Positions 11,705 through 21,509 of a DNA stretch of 33,000 nucleotides are shown here, piece by piece (the stretch's first letter is position 1; every line of letters begins with the position of its first letter). The DNA is taken from contig NC_043001.1 in the NCBI RefSeq assembly GCF_006345805.1, forward strand, positions 41,447,001 through 41,480,000, in the 5' to 3' direction. This DNA comes from Octopus sinensis. Lineage: Eukaryota. A program made the position numbers and the translations under genes. Below the pieces are notes generated by a model. That model made no database searches. It was not told where the DNA came from and was given only the letters and a program-made list of their open reading frames with translations.

Positions 11705-13420
11705 AAGAAAATGAATGGGATAAAGAGAGTCTGCCAAATGTTGACCCAACAGAGGGACCAGCTATCCGAGTTGATAGTTCCGTAGTAGCTAAGGCAGTTA
11801 GGAGCATGAAGACAGGGAAAGCCCCAGGCCCATCAGGAATTACTGCAGAGATGCTCAAAATATCTGGCAGTGTCGGCTATAACCTAGTCACCCGTATAGT
11901 CAACCAGGTGATACACGAAGGAGTCATACCCAATGACTGGTGTAGCAGCATACTAGTCAACTGCTACAAAGGTAAAGGTGATGCCCTGGATACAAATAAT
12001 TACAGAGGTATCAAGCTGTTGGATCAGGTAATGAAGGTTACGGAGAGGGTCTTAGCCCAACTAATTAGAGAGAGAGTTAGTTTAGATGAGATGCAGTTTG
12101 GGTTTGTCCCAGGGAAAAGCACCACTGATGCTATATTCCTGGTAAGGCAGCTGCAGGAGAAATACCTAGCCAAGGATAAGCCCCTGTACCTGGCTTTTGT
12201 TGACATGGAGAAAGCCTTTGATAGGGTCCCCCGATCCCTCATCTGGTGGTCAATGAGGAAACTAGGGATAGATGAATGGCTGGTGAGGGCTGTGCAAGCC
12301 ATGTACAGAGATGCCGTAAGTAAGGTTAGAGTTGGCAACATGTACACAGAAGAATTCAAAGTAGAGGTTGGGGTCCACCAGGGTTCAGTACTCAGCCCCC
12401 TCCTATTTATCATAGTCCTCCAGGCAATAACGGAGGAATTCAAGTCCGGTTGCCCCTGGGAGCTCCTCTATGCTGACGACCTCGCTCTAATCGCTGAGTC
12501 ACTATCAGAACTGGAGGAGAAGTTCCAGGTGTGGAAGGAGGGTTTAGAATCGAGGGGCCTTAGAGTCAACCTAGCTAAAACCAAAGTACTAATAAGTAGA
12601 AAGGTAGAAAACCCACAAATATCATCAGGAAGATGGCCCTGTTCGATCTGTAGAAAAGGTGTAGGTAGAAACTCTATAAGATGTACCCAGTGTAAGCTAT
12701 GGACACATAAGAGGTGCAGCAATGTCAAAGGTAGGCTAACTGGGAAGATAGTTTTTGTATGTGGCAGGTGCTCTGGAGCACTGACCTCCGAAAATCTGCA
12801 GAAAACAACTTCTGTCACTTTCCGGGGGGAAAAACTAGAAGTAGTTGATAGTTTCCGCTATCTAGGTGACCAAGTCAGTAGTGGGGGTGGGTGCGCTGAA
12901 AGTGTAACTGCTAGAATAAGAATAGCCTGGGCAAAGTTTAGGGAGCTCTTACCTCTGCTGGTGACTAAAGGCCTCTCGCTCAGAGTAAAAGGCAGACTGT
13001 ATGATGCATGTGTACGAACAGCTATGCTACATGGCAGTGAAACATGGGCCGTGACTGCTGAGGACATGCGTAAGCTCGTGAGGACGAAGCCAGTATGCTC
13101 CGATGGATGTGTAATGTCAGTGTACTTACTCGACAGAGCGTTAGTACCTTGAGAGAAATGTTGTACCTAAGAAGCATCAGTTGTTGTGTGCAAGAGAGAC
13201 GATTGCGCTGGTATGGTCATGTGGCGAGAATGGATGAAGAGAGGTGTGTGAGAAAGTGCCAATCCCTAGCAGTTGAGGGAACCCGTGGAAGAGGTAGACC
13301 CAGGAAAACCTGGGACGAGGTGGTGAAGCACGACCTTCGGACGTTAGGTCTCACCATGGAAATGACTAGAGACCGAGACCTATGGAAGTATGCTGTGCGT
13401 GAGAAGACCGGCAAGACTAG
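11705..13420 (+). pseudogene. RTE reverse transcriptase ORF, 5'-truncated, with an apparent 1-bp deletion near 13084 and another near 13410
   Basis: Frame switch RKLVR|TKP to EASMLRWMC near 13084 (ORF track 11623..13152 then 13095..13565). The copy at 17286 ends EKTRQDK*, implying that ACCGGCAAGACTAG lost one base and the natural stop is TAG 13418-13420. Confidence 0.85.
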
Positions 13421-13601
13421 TGAAGCCATAATCCGTGGCCCCTACCTGGGACGTAGTCAGTCCACCTGTGCATACCTTCCTTCTTGTGACACTTGTGAAG
13501 ACCTGTTGAGGCAAGTGAGAATCGAATCGAATCGTATCAAATCAAATCGAACCAAATCAAAATAGATGAACATCAATGGAATTTGTATCCTTGTGGTACC
13601 A

Positions 13602-13990
13602 GTGCCGGTGGCACATAAGAAAACCATCCGAACGTGACCGTAGCCAGTACCGCAATGACTGGCCTCCGTGCTGAGGGCACGTAACAAACACCTTCCGAGC
13701 GTGGCCGTCCGCCAGCCTCGTCTAGCACCTGTGTCGGTGACACATAAGAAAACACCATCCGAGCGTGGCCGTCTGCCAGCCTCGTCTGGCACCTGTGTCG
13801 GTGGCACATAAAAAACACCATCCGAGCGTGGCCGTCTGCCAGCCTCGTCTGGCACCTGTGTCGGTGGCACATAAAAAACACCATCCGAGCGTGGCCGTCT
13901 GCCACCTGTGTCGGTGGCACATAAAAAACACCATCCGAGCGTGGCCGTCTGCCAGCCTCGTCTGGCACCTGTGTCGGTGGCACATAAAAT
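13602..13990 (+). repeat. tandem ~63-bp units in the RTE 3' UTR (about 5 copies, one with a 13-bp internal deletion)
   Basis: Unit GGCACATAAAAAACACCATCCGAGCGTGGCCGTCTGCCAGCCTCGTCTGGCACCTGTGTCGGT is repeated head to tail without spacers. Confidence 0.95.
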
Positions 13991-14220
13991 CACCCACTAC
14001 ACTCTCGGAGTGGTTGGCGTTAGGAAGGGCATCCAGCTGTAGAAACACTGCCACATCTGACTGGCCTGGTGCAGCCTTCGGGCTTCCCAGACCCCAGTTG
14101 AACCGTCCAACCCATGCTAGCATGGAAAGCGGACGTTAAACGATGATGATGATGATGATGATGATATATATATATATATATATTATATTATATAGCCCTC
14201 TTCAAGATCTTAGGTCAACA

Positions 14221-14293
14221 GGTTTGGGGTCTGACGATATGCCATAAAGCTAAACCCTTTATGGACAGGAAACCCTGGGTAATCTCATAAACC
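14221..14293 (+). ncRNA. hammerhead-like ribozyme motif, family B
   Basis: CTGACGA 14231-14237; long stem II CCATAAAG/CTTTATGG; GAAA 14269-14272; stem III AC-CCTGG-GT; GTA triplet 14279-14281; stem I TGGGGT/ATCTCA. The base of stem II is non-canonical. Confidence 0.5.
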
Positions 14294-14366
14294 GGCCTTC
14301 TCCATTAAAATATAAACTGCTCTATATCTTAGAGTGTGCACCTTGTCCGGATTTGTGTTATCTACA

Positions 14367-14410
<44 letters not shown>

Positions 14411-15192
14411 GTATTTATGAAAAATGAAAAGAAACGTCAAATGTGTTTGTTTATATTTAGAATAAGTTATTCGCAAGTTTGTTTGGCTCTTTCAAATTGT
14501 TAATTACCTTTTGATAGGTCTATTGTGGAATATATAAGTACATTTTACTCAAACAAGTACATTCATGCATGGAAATGGATGGCGAGTTAATTTAGACAAT
14601 CAATCGACGAAACTACTCCGTTAATGACAAGATTAAACCATTTAAATAACAAATACAGTCAATCCGACCAGCTTTCCCGTTCTTCAAATCTATTTAACTC
14701 AGAAAGTTTGGTTCGGCTCATGGTAATAGATAGTTCCCCGTTTAGTCTTGTAGTAGGATCTAATGCTATATCTTACGATGGCCATGCAAACTTCTTGGCT
14801 ATTCGATCATACCAACAAGACATACTTCGGTAGTTATGACTGAATTTTTTAGTAAAACCTGTATTTTTAACATAAGATTTCACTATCATTCATTAACTAC
14901 TGTGCTTACAGTATTAGCACAAAAGAAAAGAAATAAAGATTCTGACTTTATGCCATAGTTAAAAGGACAGATCTATAAATGTGAATGTGTAGAATTTTGC
15001 ACCTGAAGATAGTCTGAGAATTAGAAAATAATACAAAACATATAAACAGAAAAAAAAAACTTGAAATTAGTAACCTATAAAACCAATAATGCCACTACTA
15101 CCCATCAAATACCATTTTCCAAAAGTTGTTTACAAGTTGATATAATAAATGAAAAAGTTATCAACGGTACTTGGATATGTTTACTGTTTAAC

Positions 15193-15350
15193 TTCAGGTC
15201 AAGCCTAATCCAGCAGGTCCATAACGAAAGGCTTTTCAGGTTGGGACTATCCTTTCTTTTTGAGGTATTTTACCTGTCTCTCTCTTCGTTTGTTAAAGAC
15301 GGTGAATGCGATATGAGGGAGATTTGGTTGTTATTTCTAGCAAATCAAGC
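15193..15350. mobile_element. degenerate interspersed repeat (SINE-like), copy 1
   Basis: Shares TGAGGGAGATTTGGTTG(T/C)TATTTCTAGCA with 19105-19275. Confidence 0.55.
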
Positions 15351-15691
15351 TACCACCTTGATTTACACTTTTAATATAACTTCAGAAATGTATGCAATCA
15401 TACATCTGGTATCCAAAAGTTTACAATTTATAGGGCATTTGCGTACATAAATACGTGTGCAGCATTCATATTAGTAGAATAGCTATACATTCAAAAAATA
15501 GGACACACACGCAGGCACACACACACTACTTTATCTGTGTGTGTGTGTGTGTGAGAAAGAGAGAGATGTATTGTTACGTTTGGTTTTACATACGAAAGAC
15601 AAATCGGTGCACATATAATGTTTAATTAAATAAAACTGCAACAAGAACGACTGAAAGACCTAGAGCTTTGTGCCAAAGCACTAAAGTTTAA

Positions 15692-15912
15692 CCCATTAGT
15701 GTTTGCATTATTCTGCCAAAATTAATCCTTTCTTATCCACATTGCCTTGAACTAATCAGGCATTATCTTGGTGCTATGAGATTTTCATGAGGTAGCTGTT
15801 AATTTTTAAAACGATATTGTGGGGCTGGTGTGAGAGACCAAATCTGGCCAGTTTGAACATAAAACAGGCAGAATACTTTTGGCCGGATATGGGCGGTTTA
15901 AATGCTAAAGGG
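15692..15912. mobile_element. piggyBac-like MITE
   Basis: TTAA on both sides (15688-15691, 15913-15916). Termini CCCATTAGTGTTT...AAATGCTAAAGGG are imperfect TIRs with CCC/GGG ends. Confidence 0.75.
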
Positions 15913-16089
15913 TTAATGAGCACCGGTCAAACTAAGGTGTTTCACCCGAGCAAAAAAAATAGTGCAATCGATGTACAACATGTAGTAAACGAATAGTTTA
16001 GTTTGACCAAAGTACCTACTTATCAAAGTTTTGTGTCTTGACCCGAAACTCGGGGTCCTTGTCACTGTTGTATGCATGTCTGTGTGCGT

Positions 16090-16122
<33 letters not shown>

Positions 16123-16237
16123 TACATACATAATTCGGTGAATGTCACCGATTAAAATTCTTCGCGTCTAAAATCTTATTGTCCGACCCAAATCCCCAAA
16201 GGATATTTGCCCGATTTTTTAACGCTATATATATATA

Positions 16238-16811
16238 CTAGCAGTATCGCCCGGCGTTGCTCGGGTTTGTAAGGAAAATAACTATATAAGCATTTTTAGA
16301 GAGTTATAGCCAAAAATTAGCAAAAAAAATGCATTAAAAATGGAAAAAAAATCATGGTAAATTTTTTTTTTAATCATTGACTCATCGTAGACATTTTCTG
16401 TTTTGGTGTCTTCAAGCCATGAAGTCGTTGTTCTAAAAGAACGCTGGTCTCCTTGACAACGCTTTACGACGTTGATTTCCTTACACTCCCTTCCCCACAG
16501 CTTCACGAGGGAGGGAAGAAGGGGGAGAAGCAACACAGGTGCAGGCATGAGCGTGGACGCCAACTCCGCCGCCATTGACACACGAAAAATATGCATTAAA
16601 ATGGAATAAAAAATGATGTTAAATTATTTTTTAAATCGTAGACTCATCGTAGACGCGCGCTAATACCCAGACGGGCTCGATATGAATCACGACTATAAGA
16701 TACCCGAATTTGGTTAAACTGCACTGCAAAATGTGGGAGCAGTTAAGAATCTAAATCGAAGGGGACAGACACTCACACAACTACAGTTTTATATATATAT
16801 ATATATATATA
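16238..16811 (-). mobile_element. non-autonomous Helitron-like element (same termini as 9749-10132, different interior)
   Basis: The minus strand ends CCCGAGCAACGCCGGGCGATACTGCTAG|T. About 110 bp of the 3' region is shared with 10022-10132. The 5' end ATATATAAAACTGTAGTTGTG resembles ATATATAAACGGCAGTTTGTC and merges into (TA)n. Confidence 0.8.
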
Positions 16812-17062
16812 CTGTTGTGTCTGGGGAGAGTTATTCTCTTTTGGTGCCTTATAATTTAACACACTCACCAGTAAAATTTCCACTTATTTCTCTTTTATTT
16901 TTCTAAAATTTTCGTTGCATCTTGTAACCTTTACAATAGTTTTGAAAAGGTTGCAAGACGCAACGAAAATTTTAGGAAAATAAAAAAAAGAAGTGGAAAT
17001 TTTACCGGTGAGTGTTAAATTATAAGGCACAAAAAGAAAATGACTCTCCCCAGACACAACAG
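16812..17062. mobile_element. 251-bp foldback/MITE-like palindrome
   Basis: CTGTTGTGTCTGGGGAGAG...CTCTCCCCAGACACAACAG. Arms of ~120 bp are roughly 90% complementary and close on a loop of about 5 nt at 16937-16941. Flanks TA| and |AA. Confidence 0.85.
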
Positions 17063-17285
17063 AATACACGAACTTGCAAACCAAATCCCCAAAACGAAAT
17101 ATATATATATTTCTTTTCTTCTTTTTTCTCTCCTTTTCCTCCCTTCTCTCTCTCTCTCCCTCTCTTTCTTTGTATCTTGACGGAAGGTATTGACACTTCT
17201 CATACATACCGTATGTCAACTGTGCCAAACATAAGACCACTAGACTGAAATCTGGCCTGTGGTAATAATATTTAGTATCATTACT

Positions 17286-17938
17286 AAAGTGCCAATCCCT
17301 AGCAGTTGAGGGAACCCGTGGAAGAGGTAGACCCAGGAAAACCTGGGACGAGGTGGTGAAGCACGACCTTCGAACTTTAGGCCTCACTGAGGAAATGACC
17401 AGCGACTGAGACCTTTGGAAATATGCTGTACGTGAGAAGACCAGGCAGGACAAGTGAGCCCAGCCCACTTATGCATGCCTCTCCTCCCTTGGACACAAAA
17501 ACCTGTTGAGGCAAGCGAAGTCGATATAGAACCTCATCCGACAACAGGCACCCATGCCAACCCCCTTTGCTTGCGAAGACATGTTGGGGCAAGCGAAATC
17601 AAAATCGAAATCGAATTGAACCAGCCAGGATCCCTGGTCTGGTGGTACGTAAAAAGCACTATCCGAATCGTGGCTGATGCCAGCGCCGCCTCGAGTGGCT
17701 TCCGTGCCGGTGGCACGTAAAATACACCAATTCGACCGTGGCCTGGCACCTGTGCAGGTGGTACGTAAAAAGCACCCACTACACTCACAGAGTGGTTGGC
17801 GTTAGGAAGGGCATCCAGCTGTAGAAACATTGCCAGATAAGACTGGAGCTTGGTGCAGCCTTCTGGCTTCCCAGATCCCCGGTCGAACCGTCCAACCCAT
17901 GCTAGCATGGAGAACAGACGTTAAACGATGATGATGAT
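17286..17938 (+). mobile_element. 5'-truncated RTE LINE copy (ORF C-terminus + variant 3' UTR + GAT tail)
   Basis: Near-identical to 13252-13410 (KCQSLAVEGTRGRGRPRKTWDEVVKHDLRTLGL), then a diverged UTR. Ends GTTAAAC(GAT)4 followed by (AT)n. Confidence 0.92.
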
Positions 17939-17960
17939 ATATATATATATATATATATAT

Positions 17961-18391
17961 ATAGGAAAAAAGCAACAAGAATGGATTAAAATCTCGGTAC
18001 AATTGTTTCGTACGAGGACATCTTTAATAAGCTACAAAAAATGCAGTAAATACAGATGGCTCGTACTCGTCAGCCGAAAAAACATCAGAGAATTCCCAAA
18101 CATCTTTACTATGGGAGGGATGTCTTTAGGGGAAAATTCGATGTTTATTTTTTCCATTCTTGCTGAGAAGTTAAGGACCGAAAAAACATACAGACAGTAT
18201 GGGAATATATTCGGTTTAAGTAATTGAGATTCAAATGAATTCACATGAATATGGTCCTTAACTAGGATGCACCAGAAATCTATATGGTGTTAACCATACG
18301 ACAAGTGGGGTGATTACAAATAGGAAAAAAGCAACAAGAATGGATTAAAATCTCGGTACACTTGTTTCGTACGGAGGCATCTTTAATAAGC

Positions 18392-18393
<2 letters not shown>
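17961..18393 (-). mobile_element. hammerhead-containing partial tandem element (non-LTR retrozyme / Penelope pseudo-LTR-like), 359-nt period
   Basis: 74-bp direct repeats 17961-18034 and 18320-18393 (4 mismatches, offset 359), each containing the GAAAC..GTA|CCGAGA half of a hammerhead. (TA)n on both sides. Confidence 0.75.
17992..18079 (-). ncRNA. type I hammerhead ribozyme, family A, complete core
   Basis: Minus strand: stem I TTTCGG, CTGACGA (18073-18067), stem II GTACGAG/CTCGTAC (G-C closing pair), GAAA (18009-18006), palindromic stem III ACAATTGT, GTA triplet, then CCGAGA pairing with stem I. Predicted cut between 17998 and 17997. Confidence 0.88.
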
Positions 18394-18427
<34 letters not shown>

Positions 18428-18439
18428 ATGGGGAAGGTC

Positions 18440-18512
18440 GGTTTACGGGATTACCTTAAGTTTCCTGTCCATAAAGGGTTTAGCTTTATGACGTATCGTC
18501 AGATCCTCGAAC
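18440..18512 (-). ncRNA. hammerhead-like ribozyme motif, family B, second copy
   Basis: Reverse-complement homolog of 14221-14293: GAGGAT-CTGACGA-TACGTCATAAAG..CTTTATGGACAG-GAAA-CTTAAG-GTA-ATCCCG. Confidence 0.5.
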
Positions 18513-18659
18513 CTGTTGGCCCGAGGCCGCTTAAGGTATATATATACATACATACATATATATTACATATATATAGGCGAAGGTAAAGAATACGTACACT
18601 CGATGGTTAGGGCTTTTGTTGCGTATTCTTTACTCCACCATATATATATATATATATAC

Positions 18660-18705
<46 letters not shown>

Positions 18706-19104
18706 GGTAGGTTGATTCACTCCGTCGCTACACAGTTTCACGTGGGTAATATAGTCTGTGTTAAAATGTTTTTGAGAAACTGTATCCCTCGCTTAAAGAC
18801 CTAAAAATAATGTTCACGGGAAACACGTTTTTGTTTTGAGACACAATTGTGTGTATATCGTAATGAGTGAACACAAAGTCAATGTAGAAAACAGACTTGT
18901 AACCGAAGGACGTCGATTATTTGAACATGCATTCGCACATGGTTGATCTGATATAGAAGGGAAGATGCGGGTTTATTTCCAATGCTAAAGAAAGAAATGT
19001 CGAGTTCGTTCATACAGTCCATGCAGAGTATTGAATAGTTTTTAGTTCTAATAAAGTGCAGAAACGGACCATCCTTAGTTCTATTTATCTGTTTACTCAC
19101 CAAG

Positions 19105-19275
19105 TCTGCCTTGATTGAACTGACCCATGAGCAACAATTCAGACATGATCATCGCCTCTTTTTAAGACAGTGTACCCTGAACAACATTATCCAATGTTTA
19201 TTTTTAAATCTGCAGTGTTGTCTGAGGGAGATTTGGTTGCTATTTCTAGCAGGTGAGCGATTCTAGGAATTCTTT
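19105..19275. mobile_element. degenerate interspersed repeat (SINE-like), copy 2
   Basis: Shares TGAGGGAGATTTGGTTGCTATTTCTAGCA with 15193-15350. Confidence 0.55.
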
Positions 19276-20971
19276 TATAGAACGACACCAATAATGCTTT
19301 TTTGTGTCATTTGTCTTCGAATTCGCTTGTCACATTACATACAAAATTCCCTACCAATTCCTCACAAATCTAGTTAGATTTGTAAGATGTAAATAAAACT
19401 TTTTAAAAATTCTAGAACAAGAGGACAACAGAAATGAAAACTATTAACCGAATGACATTAACTTAAAGAATAAATAATAAGTCAATATATTTTTTTGAAT
19501 GAAAAAACAAGGAAAAATAGCGATGTGCCTTGTCCAAGGACGCAATTAACTGTTTATGGGATGGTTTGAACACACTGCTCGCTGAACGTGACGTGTGTGA
19601 CTAGAAATGACAGTCTTTACATCAAGATAAAGAGAGAAAAATAATTCACGATTTACGGTAACTAATTACTAATTGCACAATAAAAGACACATTGGCTAAA
19701 TGAAGTCTTGGACACATTATTTGAAAATAAGACGAGGTGAGTATGGCTTGACCATTTTGATCATAGGTCCGTGTGGTCAAAATTGATGTAGGGCAGAACA
19801 AGAATTACAGAATATTGGTAAGAATGCAAAACTACAATTCGAAGAGCCTGAACTTTTCGAGACGGTTGTATTAGATAAAAATACAGATGTGTTCTTGCCA
19901 AGAAGCATGGTTATTTTTCGCATTACTGATCACCACATTCAGCGGAGTTGTACACGTAAACTTGACAATGTGGTGACTGTAATCATTTTTATAATCAAAC
20001 ATTTGAGGCTCTGATGTAACTCAGGAAAACACAAGGATTTCATACGAAACCAGCGATTAGGAATTCATATCTGAATTTAACAGAAATATTGTAACAATAA
20101 TACGAAAGTTGACAACCGAAGCAAAATATTTAGGGTCAATGTCATATGTTAAGAAGGGAGGGGAAAATTCTTTTTGGCTTAAACAACTGATGAATAGAGT
20201 TTATTAAACTAACTCGATACATAGCAAATTAATGTTTTGATTGTACAGATACTGAATGAAATGGAGTTGTTTACGATTGTTTAAAGAGAACTTACCTAGG
20301 GAGGAATATATCCAAAAAGCATTCAGTAAGATAACTATCGCAGCCATGTCCTAACAAAAAAAGACGACTGCTTCGAACTAGTCGACTACCACTCTCTAGT
20401 TTCTTCTTATAGCCAGCTTCAATTCAACTGAGGACACCTTTGTCGCTGTTTTCATTCTTTCTATCCTCCAACAAATCAACATGGATACACATTTAACACT
20501 ACCTTTATCTCCCACTACTACTCAAATAGTTTTGCGAGACTACGATAGCATTCTTCACTCTCTCTAACACTCTCTGCATATTCACTTACTCTCTCTTATT
20601 CTCTCTCTCTCTCTTTCTTTCATGCTCTTTCTTTCTTTCTCTCTCTCTCACTCTCTGTCTCTCGATAATTTTCTTGCTCTGTAAGGCTTTATAAAATCTG
20701 TTAATTTTTTTTTTATTCGGATCTCTTTCTTTGCTGTATTTCTCTTCTCAACAATTTGAAAAAGATTTTCTCGTGCCTTTATTTTTAAGTGCAACTTCAA
20801 TCCCTACTAATATTTTTTTTTTTACTTCTGTTGGAGTTCGTATAATTTCTCTTTTTCTAACTCTATTTCTACTTTACCTTCCTTTTTGACCTCACTACTT
20901 GTGCTTTTTCTAGACATGTAGATTTATTTCAGACAAACGTATCTCTTTATCTCTCTAATTAACTATCAGCT

Positions 20972-21143
<172 letters not shown>

Positions 21144-21485
21144 GGCGCATGGCTCAGTGGTTAGAGCGTCGAGCTTACGATCGTGAGGTTGTGAGCTCGA
21201 ATCCCGGACCGGGCTGCATGTTGTGTTCTTGAGCAAGGCACTTTATTTCACGTTGCTCCAGTTCACTCAGCTGTAGAAATGAGTTGCGACGTCACTGGTG
21301 CCAAGCTGTATCGACCTTTGTCTTTCCCTTGGATAACACTGGTGGCGTGGAGAGGGGAGGCTGGTATGCATGGGCGACTGCTGGTCTTCCATAAAAAAAA
21401 CAACCTTGCCCGGACTTGTGTCTAGGAGGGTAACTTTCTAGGTGCAATCCCATGGTCATTCACGACCGAAGGGGGTCTTTACCCT
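21144..21485 (+). mobile_element. tRNA-derived SINE
   Basis: Head GGCGCATGGCTCAGTGGTTAGAGC (A box) and GAGCTCGAATCCC (B-box-like), followed by a non-tRNA core TGTGTTCTTGAGCAAGGCACTTTATTTCAC...CTCAGCTGTAGAAATGAGT. Confidence 0.85.
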
Positions 21486-21509
21486 ATAAGGGTAAAAATC
21501 ATTTATGAT

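Larger units (their letters stand above)
11705..14165 (+). mobile_element. young 5'-truncated RTE-clade LINE
   Basis: RT motifs KGKGDALDTNNYRGIKLL, QFGFVPGKSTTDAIF, FVDMEKAFDRVP, GVHQGSVLSPLLF, YADD (12469-12480), FRYLG and the RTE tail RGRGRPRKTW. Repeat-rich 3' UTR, (GAT)8 tail at 14142-14165, (TA)n on both flanks. No endonuclease domain because of the truncation. Confidence 0.95.

Noticed and set aside
12024-13429. Antisense ORFs overlapping the RT
   Set aside because: Shadows of the low-stop RT coding strand.
13602-13990. CRISPR-like repeat array (also 23878-24225)
   Set aside because: The units are contiguous with no unique spacers, lie in a LINE 3' UTR, and there are no cas genes in this eukaryotic context.
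14624-14860. Short ORF and possible exon frames in CpG-richer unique DNA
   Set aside because: No recognisable domain and conflicting splice options on both strands.
15925-16008. 11-bp inverted repeat GGTCAAACTAA/TTAGTTTGACC
   Set aside because: Short, with no TSD or second copy; could arise by chance.
19101-19176. Minus-strand exon MIMSELLLMGQFNQGRL with GTGAGT donor
   Set aside because: It lies within an interspersed repeat; exonisation is possible but unsupported.
20187-20215. CTGATGA hammerhead candidate (also CTGAAGA at ~15003 and CTGATGA at 9840)
   Set aside because: No GAAA in register, or no stem III/cleavage triplet.
21144-21215. tRNA gene (likewise the heads at ~9386 and ~32561)
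   Set aside because: A/B boxes are present but there is no closed cloverleaf, and each continues into a SINE body.
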